Source: Candidatus Eiseniibacteriota bacterium (GTDB lineage: Bacteria > Eisenbacteria > RBG-16-71-46 > DASYSL01). From it: a DNA stretch of 53,415 nt. Positions 14,032 to 23,097 of this stretch are shown here, one piece after another. Under the pieces are notes generated by a model that was not told where the DNA came from, made no database searches, and worked only from the letters and a program-made list of their open reading frames with translations. A program made the position numbers and the translations under genes. The stretch spans positions 1-53,415 of the forward strand of contig JANPEF010000138.1 of assembly GCA_031431875.1 (NCBI GenBank), read 5' to 3'. How positions within the stretch are numbered: the first letter of the stretch is position 1; each line of letters opens with the position of its first letter.

Positions 14032-14726
14032 GCGAGCCGGGGATCGTGGCACTCGACCGGCCGGCCTGGCACGAGGCCGACCGCCTGGTGAGCGCGCTGG
14101 GGGACGAAGTGGACTTCTACAAGGTGGGCCTCGAGCTGTTCGCCGCCGAGGGTCCCGCCGTGGTACGCGAACTGTCGGGTCGCGGCAAGCGCCTGTTCCT
14201 CGACCTCAAGCTGCACGACATCCCGAACACCGTCGCCGGTGCGGCGCGCGCGGCGGGGCGGCTTGGTGTCGAGTTGCTCACCGTGCACGCGTCGGGCGGC
14301 GCAGCCATGGTGCAGGCCGCGGTCGAGGCGGCGCGCGAGGCCAGCGGCGGGCGCACGCGCATCCTCGCGGTGACCGTGCTGACCAGCCATGCGCCCGAGC
14401 GCCTGCCCGCGAACTACCGGCGCGACGTAACGCTCTCCGAGATCGTCATCGCGCTGGCCGCCGACGCGCTCGCCGCAGGCGCCGACGGCCTCGTCTGCTC
14501 GGGCGAGGAAGTTGCCGCGTTGCGTACGCGTTTCGGCACCGCGCCGCTGCTGGTCGTGCCGGGCACGCGCCCGCCGGGCGCCGACACGCAGGACCAGGCG
14601 CGCGTCGTCACGCCGCGGGCGGCGCTGGCCGCTGGCGCGAGCTGGCTGGTCGTCGGGCGCGCCGTGACCGCCGCCGCCGAGCCGCGCGCTGCGTGGGCCG
14701 GGTTCTGGCAGGGCGCAAGGGCGTGA
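14028..14726 (+). CDS. pyrF: Orotidine-5'-phosphate decarboxylase
   Basis: KVGLEL, FLDLKLHDIPNT, AVTVLTS, DQARV, VVGR. Confidence 0.95.
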   Translation: MSEPGIVALDRPAWHEADRLVSALGDEVDFYKVGLELFAAEGPAVVRELSGRGKRLFLDLKLHDIPNTVAGAARAAGRLGVELLTVHASGGAAMVQAAVEAAREASGGRTRILAVTVLTSHAPERLPANYRRDVTLSEIVIALAADALAAGADGLVCSGEEVAALRTRFGTAPLLVVPGTRPPGADTQDQARVVTPRAALAAGASWLVVGRAVTAAAEPRAAWAGFWQGARA

Positions 14727-15646
14727 GAACTCTGTGCGCGAAGCGCACATTCCTTGCGGGCCCGGGGCTCGCGTTTGCACTTGCTGTGCTCTCCCCGTCG
14801 CCCGCCCATGCCGCGACGCATGTCACCGGCGTCGTGCGCACGGCGCTACGGCCGGTGTCCGGCGTGCATGTCGTTGTGCCGGCGGTCGCCGTGTTCGCCA
14901 CGACCGACACGGCCGGGCGCTTCACGCTGGGGCCGCTCGCGCCAGGGCTGCACGACATCACGCTCGTTGCCATGGGCTACGCGACGACCACGACGACCGT
15001 GACGTTGCCGGCGGGGGGCGCCGACCACTTCGACGCCGGTCCGTGGCTGCTCACGCCGTTGCGACCCGACGACGCGCGGCTCGACCTTGGCCTCGACTCG
15101 ACGACCGCGCGGGCGCGCCTCGCGGATTCGCTCGCGGCGCTGCCGCCGCCGCCGCCGCTGGCGGCACCGCTCGGCCTCTACTTCACGGCCGAGGAGTCGG
15201 CGCGCCCGGCGACGCCGCCGCTCGACGACCTGCTCGGGCGCATCACGGTCGCCGATTCGATCACGGCCGAGGCGCGGGGGACCGAGGCGCCGGGCTGGGA
15301 GACGTGGCGCCAGTGGGGCGATCGGCTCGCGGTGGTGGCGAGCGACTCGGCGCGGGCCGCCAATCCCGGATTGGCGCGCGATTCGTCACTGTCCCTGCGC
15401 GCGCTCGCCTACGCGCGCTCGCGCGCCGCGCTCGCTGCCGGGCCGACCTACGCCGGCTACGGCCTGGCCACGACGGCGCGCCGGGCGCTCGTGCGGGCGC
15501 GGGAGGCGGCCGGCGGAGAGGGCCTCGCGTTCCTCGGCCACCTGGGGGACCGGATCGACGCCGTTTTCATTCCCGGCAGCTCGCCGCCGCCCGCCCCGAA
15601 AGCCGCGCCGGCGAAGAAGAAATCGCGCCAGAAGCGAGGCCGTTGA
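14723..15646 (+). CDS. Secreted hypothetical protein with carboxypeptidase-regulatory-like N-terminal domain
   Basis: Signal peptide (..PAHA), VTGVV..PVSGVHV..TTDTAGRFTL..L.PG..GY pattern; GTGA overlap with pyrF; Lys/Arg-rich tail. Confidence 0.65.
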   Translation: MRTLCAKRTFLAGPGLAFALAVLSPSPAHAATHVTGVVRTALRPVSGVHVVVPAVAVFATTDTAGRFTLGPLAPGLHDITLVAMGYATTTTTVTLPAGGADHFDAGPWLLTPLRPDDARLDLGLDSTTARARLADSLAALPPPPPLAAPLGLYFTAEESARPATPPLDDLLGRITVADSITAEARGTEAPGWETWRQWGDRLAVVASDSARAANPGLARDSSLSLRALAYARSRAALAAGPTYAGYGLATTARRALVRAREAAGGEGLAFLGHLGDRIDAVFIPGSSPPPAPKAAPAKKKSRQKRGR

Positions 15647-15672
15647 CCGGACGCGCACCCGGCCCCTATTCT
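15643..15672 (+). promoter_or_regulatory. Putative sigma70 promoter of the polysaccharide operon
   Basis: TTGACC(15643-48)-18 nt-TATTCT(15667-72). Confidence 0.55.
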
Positions 15673-15737
15673 GGCCATTCGGCCCGGTTTTTCGCGGCCC
15701 ATCGCCTGGCAGCCCGCCCTCCTGAAAGGACCCCCTG

Positions 15738-16712
15738 ATGCGTCGCGTTCTCGTCACCGGCGTGACCGGCTTCGTCGGCAGCCATCTCGTCGACTTCATG
15801 CTCGACCGCGGCGACGTCGAAATCTGGGGCCTGATCCGCTGGCGCAGCCGCACCGAGAACATCGAGCACTTCCGCGACCGCATTCAACTCGAGGAATGCG
15901 ACCTGCGCGACGCCGACTCGACGCGCGACACGATCGCGAAGATCAAGCCCGACTGGATCTTCCATCTCGCCGCGCAGTCGTTCGTGCCCACCTCGTGGCG
16001 CGCCCCGTCCGAGAGCCTGACCACCAATGTCCTCGGCCAGCTCAACATCTTCGAGGCCTGCCGCCGCGTCGGCATCAACCCGCGCATCCAGATCGCCTGC
16101 TCCTCCGAGGAGTACGGCATGGTCTACGAGAACGAGCTGCCCATCACGGAGACGAACCCGCTGCGCCCGCTGTCGCCCTACGCCGTGAGCAAGGTCGGCC
16201 AGGACATGCTGGCCTACCAGTACTTCATGTCGTACGGCACGGATGCGGTGCGCACCCGCGGCTTCAACCACGAGGGCCCGCGGCGCGGCCCCGTGTTCGT
16301 CGCCTCGGACTTCGCCAAGCAGGTGGCCGACATCGAGCGTGGGCTGCGCCCGCCGGTCGTCTCGGTCGGCAACCTCGATGCGCGGCGCGACTTCACCGAC
16401 GTACGCGACATGGTGCGCGCCTACTGGCTGGCGCTCGAGAAGTGCGAGGGCGGCGAGGTCTACAACATCGCCTCGGGCAAGGACTGGAAGATCAAGGACA
16501 TGCTCGACCTGCTGCTCACCATGACGAAGGTGAAGATCGAGGTGAAGCCCGACCCGGCGCGCATGCGCCCCTCCGACGTGCCCGTGCTGCTCGGCGACCA
16601 TTCGAAGTTCACGGCCGCGACGGGCTGGCAGCCGATCATTCCCTTCGAGCGGACCCTCGCCGACATGCTCGAGTACTGGCGCCGCGCCGAACCGGCGCGA
16701 GTGCCCGTGTGA
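15738..16712 (+). CDS. gmd: GDP-mannose 4,6-dehydratase family SDR
   Basis: GVTGFVG, HLAAQSFV, SSEEYG, SPYAVSK, FNHEGPRR, GNLDARRDF. Confidence 0.8.
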   Translation: MRRVLVTGVTGFVGSHLVDFMLDRGDVEIWGLIRWRSRTENIEHFRDRIQLEECDLRDADSTRDTIAKIKPDWIFHLAAQSFVPTSWRAPSESLTTNVLGQLNIFEACRRVGINPRIQIACSSEEYGMVYENELPITETNPLRPLSPYAVSKVGQDMLAYQYFMSYGTDAVRTRGFNHEGPRRGPVFVASDFAKQVADIERGLRPPVVSVGNLDARRDFTDVRDMVRAYWLALEKCEGGEVYNIASGKDWKIKDMLDLLLTMTKVKIEVKPDPARMRPSDVPVLLGDHSKFTAATGWQPIIPFERTLADMLEYWRRAEPARVPV

Positions 16713-16719
16713 TCCCGTC

Positions 16720-17718
16720 CTGAACGTCCTCGTCACCGGCGCAAACGGCTTCGTCGGGCCGCACCTGGTGCGGGCCCTGGCCGCCCGCGGGCACGCGACG
16801 TGGGCGAGCGGACTCGAGACTGCACCGGGCGCGACGCTCGCCGCCGAGCCGGGCGTGCGCGGGTGGACGCGCTGGGACGCGGGCGACGAGGGCGACGACG
16901 CGCTCGCGGGCGCGCTGGCGGCGAACGCGGCCGGCGGCGCGAAGATCGACGCGATCGTGCACCTGGCCGGACAATCGAGCGCGGCGCGCTCGTTCGTCGA
17001 TCCGGTCGGCACGCTGCGCGTCAACGCCGGCGGCACGCTGCGCCTGCTCGAGGCGGCGCGGCAGGTGAAGTTCGGCGGGCCCATGCTCGTCGTCGGTTCG
17101 TCCGAGGCGTACGGGCGGATCGCCGCGGGAACCCCCTGCGACGAAGCGACGCCCCTGGCGCCGGTCAGTCCTTACGGCGTCTCGAAGGCGGCGGCCGATC
17201 ACGCGACGCGGCTCTATGCCGAGTCATTCGGCCTGAAGGCGATGGTGGCGCGCTCGTTCTCGCACACCGGGCCGGGCCAGGCGCCCACGTTCGCGATCGC
17301 CTCGTGGGCCCGGCAAGTCGCCGGCTTCGAGGCGGCCGCGAGCGCGGGCCCGCATCGCCTCGGTGTGGGCAACCTCGCGCCGGTCCGCGACTATGGCGAC
17401 GTGCGCGACGTCGTGCGCGCCTACGCGCTGCTGCTCGAGCAGGGCAAGCCCGGCGCGGCCTACAACGTGGCGACCGGGCGCGCCGTGGCGCTGCGCGCGA
17501 TCGTCGAGTTGCTGGTCGCGCGGGCGCGCGTGGCGATCGAGGTGACCGAGGAGGCCGCGCGACTGCGGCCCAACGACATTCCGTACCTGGTCGGCTCCCC
17601 GGCGCGCCTGATGGCCGCCACGGGATGGACGCCGGAGTACGCGCTGGAGACGACGCTGTCCGATCTGCTCGACGCGGCGCGACAGGCGCACGCGACACCG
17701 GTCGAAGGAGGAGCATGA
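16720..17718 (+). CDS. GDP-4-keto-6-deoxy-mannose reductase-like SDR (Rmd-like), probable CTG start
   Basis: Rossmann motif NVLVTGANGFVG lies in frame upstream of the ORF-track start (16768); HLAGQSS, SPYGVSK, SHTGPGQ, GNLAPVRDY. Confidence 0.75.
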   Translation: MNVLVTGANGFVGPHLVRALAARGHATWASGLETAPGATLAAEPGVRGWTRWDAGDEGDDALAGALAANAAGGAKIDAIVHLAGQSSAARSFVDPVGTLRVNAGGTLRLLEAARQVKFGGPMLVVGSSEAYGRIAAGTPCDEATPLAPVSPYGVSKAAADHATRLYAESFGLKAMVARSFSHTGPGQAPTFAIASWARQVAGFEAAASAGPHRLGVGNLAPVRDYGDVRDVVRAYALLLEQGKPGAAYNVATGRAVALRAIVELLVARARVAIEVTEEAARLRPNDIPYLVGSPARLMAATGWTPEYALETTLSDLLDAARQAHATPVEGGA

Positions 17719-19076
17719 GCCGCATCGCGGTGGTGGGAACGGGGTACGTGGGCCTGGTGACGGGCGCATGCCTCGCCGATTTCGGGAACACGGTGCGCTG
17801 CATCGACGTCGATGCGGCGAAGATCGCGCGCCTCACCGCGGGCGAGATCCCGTTCTACGAGCCGGGACTCGAAGAGCTGGTGGCCCGTGCCTCGCAGAGC
17901 GGCCGCCTGCTGTTCCAGACCGACCTCGCGGACGCCGCGCGCTGGGCCGAGGTGATCTTCATCACCGTCGGCACGCCGCCGCAGCAGGACGGATCGGCCG
18001 ACCTCTCGGCGGTCTTCGCCGTGGGCGACGCGATCGCGCGGGCGGTGACCGGTTCCAAGGTCGTGGTGCAGAAGTCGACCGCCCCGGTCGGTACCGCGCG
18101 CCGGCTGCAGGACGCGATGCGCAAGCGCGCCGGCAAGAAGGCGGCAATCGACGTGGCGTCGAATCCCGAGTTCCTGCGCGAGGGTTCCGCCATCGAGACC
18201 TACATGCGGCCGGACCGCGTGGTCGTCGGCGCCGAGACCGCGCGCGCCGAGAAGCTCATGCGCGAGCTGAACGAGCCGCTGTACCTGCTCGAGACGCCGA
18301 TCACGGTCACCAACCTCGAGACCGCCGAGCTCATCAAGTACGCCTCGAACGCGTTCCTCGCCATGAAGATCTCGTTCATCAACGAGGTGGCGAACCTGTG
18401 CGAGGAGGTCGGCGCCGACGTGCAGACGGTGGCCCGCGCGATGGGCCAGGATCGCCGCATCGGCTCGAAGTTCCTGCACGCCGGCCCCGGCTACGGCGGC
18501 TCGTGCTTCCCCAAGGACACGATAGCGCTCGCTGCGTTCGCCGCCGAGCGCGGGGCGCGCTTCCGGCTGGTGGAGACGGTCGTCGAGGTCAACGAGCGCC
18601 AGAAGGCGCGCATGGTCGAGAAGGTCGCCGCCGCCGTCGGCTCGCCGCGCGGCAAGCGGATCGCGATCCTCGGCCTGACCTTCAAGCCCAACACCGACGA
18701 CATCCGCGAGGCGCCCGCGCTTGACATCGCGCGCGGCCTGCTGCGCCGGGGTGCTGCGGTCACCGCGTACGATCCGGCCGGGATGGACCACGTCCGTCGC
18801 CTGCCGATCGGGAAGCGGATGACGTTCGCCGCCGACGCGTACGAGGCCGTCGACGGCGCCGACTGCGCCGTGCTCGTCACCGAGTGGAACGAGCTGCGCA
18901 CGCTCGACCTCAAGAAGCTGGTGCGCCGCATGCGCCGCCCCGTGTTGTGCGACCTGCGCAACGTGTACGACGCGGCCGAGGCGGCTGCCGTCGGGATGAA
19001 GTACGTCGGCGTGGGACAGGGTGTGGCACCCGCGAAGAAAGCCGCGCGCAAGCCGGCGAGAAAGAGGAGCCGATGA
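17715..19076 (+). CDS. ugd: UDP-glucose 6-dehydrogenase
   Basis: VVGTGYVG, SNPEFLREG, GYGGSCFPKD, FKPNTDD.RE; SD GGAGG. Confidence 0.93.
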   Translation: MSRIAVVGTGYVGLVTGACLADFGNTVRCIDVDAAKIARLTAGEIPFYEPGLEELVARASQSGRLLFQTDLADAARWAEVIFITVGTPPQQDGSADLSAVFAVGDAIARAVTGSKVVVQKSTAPVGTARRLQDAMRKRAGKKAAIDVASNPEFLREGSAIETYMRPDRVVVGAETARAEKLMRELNEPLYLLETPITVTNLETAELIKYASNAFLAMKISFINEVANLCEEVGADVQTVARAMGQDRRIGSKFLHAGPGYGGSCFPKDTIALAAFAAERGARFRLVETVVEVNERQKARMVEKVAAAVGSPRGKRIAILGLTFKPNTDDIREAPALDIARGLLRRGAAVTAYDPAGMDHVRRLPIGKRMTFAADAYEAVDGADCAVLVTEWNELRTLDLKKLVRRMRRPVLCDLRNVYDAAEAAAVGMKYVGVGQGVAPAKKAARKPARKRSR

Positions 19077-19528
19077 TCCAGGACGTCGTCGTCAAGCCGC
19101 TCAAGGTCATCGCCGACGAGCGCGGCTATCTCATGGAGATGCTGCGCTGCGACGATCCCTTCTTCCAGTCGTTCGGCCAGGTCTACTGCTCGGTGGCCTA
19201 CCCGGGCGTGGTCAAGGGCTGGCACTACCACAAGGTGCAGTGGGACCACTTCGTCATCGTGCACGGCATGATGAAGGTGGTGCTCTACGACATGCGCCCC
19301 GACTCGAAGACGAAGGGCGAGGTGAATGAGTTCTTCATGGGCGAGAAGAACCCGATCCTGCTGCGCATTCCGCCGGGGGTCGCGCACGGCATGAAGGGCA
19401 TGGAGCCGATGGGCGGCATGCTGGTCAACACGCCGTCGCATCCGTACCACTACACGGAGCCCGACGAGTTCCGGATCCCGCCGCACGACAACGACATTCC
19501 CTACGACTGGAGCCGCCAGGATGGCTGA
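19073..19528 (+). CDS. rfbC: dTDP-4-dehydrorhamnose 3,5-epimerase family (RmlC-like cupin)
   Basis: DERG, VVKGWHYH, YDMRPDS, IPPGVAHG. Confidence 0.8.
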   Translation: MIQDVVVKPLKVIADERGYLMEMLRCDDPFFQSFGQVYCSVAYPGVVKGWHYHKVQWDHFVIVHGMMKVVLYDMRPDSKTKGEVNEFFMGEKNPILLRIPPGVAHGMKGMEPMGGMLVNTPSHPYHYTEPDEFRIPPHDNDIPYDWSRQDG

Positions 19529-20597
19529 GGCCCCCGTGACCCGCCCGCCTGGCCGCGACCTCGCCTCCGCCCGCATCCTCGTCACCGGCGGGGCGGGGTT
19601 CATCGGCTCGAACTTCGTGCGCCTGACGCTGGCCCGCTGGCCGGGCGTGCACGTGCACGTGCTCGACGCGCTGACCTACGCGGGGAACCAGGCGAACCTG
19701 GTCGACGTCGTCGACGCGACACGGCTGTCGTTCCAGCATGGGGACATCCGCGACCCCAAGGTCGTGGCCACGGCGATGGAAGGCGCGACGCACGTCGTCA
19801 ACTTCGCCGCCGAGTCGATGGTCGACCGCTCGATCGACGACCCGGGCTCGTTCGTGCTCACCGATGTGTACGGCGCGTTCGTGCTGCTCGAGGAGGCGAA
19901 GCGCCTGGGCGTCACGCGCTTCGTCCAGATCTCGACTGACGAAGTGTACGGCGAGATCATGGGCGACCCCGCGACCGAGGACTCGCCGCTCAAGCCGCGC
20001 AATCCGTACGCCGCGAGCAAGGCCGGCGGTGACCGCCTGGCCTTCGCCTACCACGCGACCTACGGCCTGCCCGTCGTGATCACGCGCTGCTCGAACAACT
20101 ACGGCCCGTACCAGTATCCCGAGAAGCTGATTCCCTTGTTCGTCACCAACGCGCTCGAGGACGAGGCGCTTCCGGTCTACGGCAGCGGGAAGAACACGCG
20201 CGACTGGATCCACGTCGACGATCACTGCCGCGCCGTGGCGATGCTGCTCGAGGCCGACGGCGTCGACGGCGAGGTGTTCAACATCGGCGCCGGCAACGAG
20301 CTCGACGTGCTGTCGATCACCGCCGAGATCCTGCGCCTGACGGGCAAGCCCGCCACGCTGATCCGCCACGTCGAGGACCGCCCCGGCCACGATCGCCGCT
20401 ATGCGCTGTCGTCGACCAAGCTGACCATGCGCACCGGCTGGCGCCCGCAGGTCGAGTTCGCGCAGGGTATCGCGCAGACGATCGAGTGGTACAAGGCGCG
20501 GCGCGACTGGTGGGAGCCGATCAAGTCCGGCGAGTTCCGCCAGTACTACGAGCGCATGTACGGCCAGCGCAAGGTGCTGAAGGAGGTGGCCGGATGA
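19521..20597 (+). CDS. rfbB: dTDP-glucose 4,6-dehydratase
   Basis: GGAGFIG, LTYAGN, STDEVYG, RCSNNYGPYQYPEK, DRPGHDRRY. Confidence 0.93.
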   Translation: MAEAPVTRPPGRDLASARILVTGGAGFIGSNFVRLTLARWPGVHVHVLDALTYAGNQANLVDVVDATRLSFQHGDIRDPKVVATAMEGATHVVNFAAESMVDRSIDDPGSFVLTDVYGAFVLLEEAKRLGVTRFVQISTDEVYGEIMGDPATEDSPLKPRNPYAASKAGGDRLAFAYHATYGLPVVITRCSNNYGPYQYPEKLIPLFVTNALEDEALPVYGSGKNTRDWIHVDDHCRAVAMLLEADGVDGEVFNIGAGNELDVLSITAEILRLTGKPATLIRHVEDRPGHDRRYALSSTKLTMRTGWRPQVEFAQGIAQTIEWYKARRDWWEPIKSGEFRQYYERMYGQRKVLKEVAG

Positions 20598-22213
20598 GCG
20601 GCTTCCGCAGGCAGCGTCGCGCCGCGCTCGCTCTCGTCTTCACCATCGGGCTCGGCCTCGCAGCGACGGCCGCCGGCACGGTGCGCGCCGCCGAAGAATC
20701 CAACCCCGGTAACGCCGTCGCGCGCGAGGCCGCCGCGGCCAACGCGGAGCGCAATGCCGCCCCGGCAAGCGCCCCGCTCGCCGGCCCGGTCGATGCCGCA
20801 CGCTATCCGCTCGGCCCGGGCGACGTGCTGTCGCTCGAGCTGTCCGGTCGCGTCTCGCGCCAGACCACGCTCGTCGTCGACGCCGAAGGGCGCCTCAACC
20901 TGCCGGAACTGGGAGTCATCGAGGTGGGGGGCACGACGCTCGAAGTGGCGCGCACGCGAATCCTGACCCGCTTGCGCAGTGCCTACCCGGGAGCGCGCGT
21001 CGACCTGCGGCTCGTCGGCCTGCGCCAGTTCAAGGTGTTCGTCGCCGGCCAGGTGAAGACCCCCGGCGTGACCACAGCGACCGCGGCAACGCGGGCCAGC
21101 GAAGTGTTCCGCGGACCGCTCGAGCTGGCGGGCGATGCCTCGCGGCGCAACATCGAGTTGCGTCGGCGCGACGGCCGTGTCGTGCGCGTGGACCTGGACG
21201 CGTTCGCCTACCTGGGCAGCGCCGCCGATGACCCGTTCGTCGAGGACGGCGACGTCCTGCTCGTTCCCCTGCGGCGCGATCGTATCTACGCCCTGGGCGG
21301 TTTCGCGCGACCCGGCGAATACGAGTATGCGCCGGGCGACTCGCTGTCGGACCTGCTCGCGTTGGCCGGCGGCCTGCAGCCCGGAGCGGAGCGCCATGCG
21401 GGAATGCTCGTCCGCTTCGCGGACGACCGGGCGCTCGACTCGGTCGCGGTCGACCTGGCCGCGCTGCGCACCGGCGCCGGCGACCGCGCGCTGGAGCCGC
21501 GCGATCGGCTGTTCGCCCGCACCCCCGTCGACTTCAGGCGAGTGCGCAACGTCATCGTCGCCGGGGAAGTGCGTCTGCCCGGACCGTACGCCATCGACGG
21601 CGATGCCGAGCGCCTCTCGGATGTGCTCACCCTCGCCGGCGGCCCGACCGCCGAGGCGGCGCTGACGCGCATCCAGGTCTTCCGCCGCGGGGTCGGGGCG
21701 CCCGAACGAGACATCGAGTTCGAGCGGCTGTCGCGGCTCAGCCGTTCCGAGATGACCGACGCCGAGTACACCGTGTTCAAGACCAAGCTCGCCTCGCAGC
21801 AGGCGGCCTTCGTCGTCTCCTACGACGTGCTGAAGGCCGACTCGAGCGCGTTCGACGTGCGGATGGAGGACGGCGACTACATCCTGCTCGAGCGCGAGAC
21901 GCAGTCGGTGCGGATCTCGGGCGAGGTGAAGCGCCCGGCGCTCGTCGCGTTCGCGCCGGGGCGGAGCGGCAGCGACTACATCGACCTGGCCGGCGGATTC
22001 ACCCAGCGCGCCCGGCGGGGGGACGCGCGCGTCACCCGTGCAGGATCGAGCCAGACCCTGTTGCTCACGGATGCAGGCCCGATCCAGCCCGGCGACTTCA
22101 TCTGGGTGCCCGAGAAGAAGGACGTCAACTTCTGGGGGGTGGTGAAGGACGTCCTGCTGGTGGCGGGCAGCGTCGCGACCGTGATCATCCTCGTTCGCGA
22201 CGCCTCGCGCTGA
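20594..22213 (+). CDS. Polysaccharide export protein with multiple SLBB domains (Wza/KpsD-like)
   Basis: Signal peptide, YPLGPGDVL polysaccharide-export motif, repeated V.GEV..PG.Y...LSD.L..AGG units, C-terminal hydrophobic helix. Confidence 0.85.
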   Translation: MSGFRRQRRAALALVFTIGLGLAATAAGTVRAAEESNPGNAVAREAAAANAERNAAPASAPLAGPVDAARYPLGPGDVLSLELSGRVSRQTTLVVDAEGRLNLPELGVIEVGGTTLEVARTRILTRLRSAYPGARVDLRLVGLRQFKVFVAGQVKTPGVTTATAATRASEVFRGPLELAGDASRRNIELRRRDGRVVRVDLDAFAYLGSAADDPFVEDGDVLLVPLRRDRIYALGGFARPGEYEYAPGDSLSDLLALAGGLQPGAERHAGMLVRFADDRALDSVAVDLAALRTGAGDRALEPRDRLFARTPVDFRRVRNVIVAGEVRLPGPYAIDGDAERLSDVLTLAGGPTAEAALTRIQVFRRGVGAPERDIEFERLSRLSRSEMTDAEYTVFKTKLASQQAAFVVSYDVLKADSSAFDVRMEDGDYILLERETQSVRISGEVKRPALVAFAPGRSGSDYIDLAGGFTQRARRGDARVTRAGSSQTLLLTDAGPIQPGDFIWVPEKKDVNFWGVVKDVLLVAGSVATVIILVRDASR

Positions 22214-22221
22214 GGGAACGC

Positions 22222-23097
22222 ATGGCCACCGCGAAATCCGACGACGCGCACGGACATGCCCACGATCACGCACCCGGATCCTCGTGCGCCGACGGCCACC
22301 CCGAGCGGATTTCGCCGGGGGACTCGTACTGGGAGAGCCACCTTCCCGAGCACCGGCAACGCTACGAGTTCGCCGCCGCGCGTCTGGTCGCCGGAAGTCG
22401 CGTGCTCGATGCCGGCTGTGGAGTCGGGTATGGAACGGCGCTGCTCATGGACCAGGGAGCGGGGCTCGCCGTCGGCGTCGACGTTTCCGCGGAAGCGCTC
22501 GCGGTCGCCCGCGCGCGCTTCGACCGGCCGGGCATCCACTGGATCCGCGAGGACTGTGTGTCGCTGACCGAGGCCGGCGCGCACGGCCCGTTCGACCTCA
22601 TCGTCAACTTCGAGAACATCGAGCACGTGAGTGATGCGGAGCAGTTCCTCGATCGCGTCGCCCACCTGCTCGCGCCCGACGGCGTGTTCGTGCTCAGCAC
22701 GCCGAATCGTAGCGCGATGAACCGCGTGCATGGCGCGGGGATCGACGCGCCGTCGGCGAATCCCTTCCATACGGTCGAGTTCTCCGCCGACGAGCTGCGC
22801 CGCATGCTGGCCAAGCGCTTCGGCACGATCGTGCTGTTCCACCAGACGTTCGATCCGCCCGAGCGCTTCCTCTACGAGCCGATCCTTTCGCTGCTGTGGT
22901 CGAATCCCTTCGCCCGGCTCGGTCGCTGGCTCCAGCGCGTGCTGCGCCGGCGCCCCATGGCGCACCGTGTCGAGGATCTCCTGCCGCCGCGTTCGCACCA
23001 GATCGTGGCCGCGGATCCGGGACCCTACCTGGCGGTGACGACCCTCGCGGAGTGTCGCCGACCCCTTCACCTGACCGGAACCGCTGAACGCACGTGA
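22222..23097 (+). CDS. Class I SAM-dependent methyltransferase
   Basis: HRQRYEFA, VLDAGCGVGYG, FENIEH, LSTPN. Confidence 0.88.
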   Translation: MATAKSDDAHGHAHDHAPGSSCADGHPERISPGDSYWESHLPEHRQRYEFAAARLVAGSRVLDAGCGVGYGTALLMDQGAGLAVGVDVSAEALAVARARFDRPGIHWIREDCVSLTEAGAHGPFDLIVNFENIEHVSDAEQFLDRVAHLLAPDGVFVLSTPNRSAMNRVHGAGIDAPSANPFHTVEFSADELRRMLAKRFGTIVLFHQTFDPPERFLYEPILSLLWSNPFARLGRWLQRVLRRRPMAHRVEDLLPPRSHQIVAADPGPYLAVTTLAECRRPLHLTGTAERT

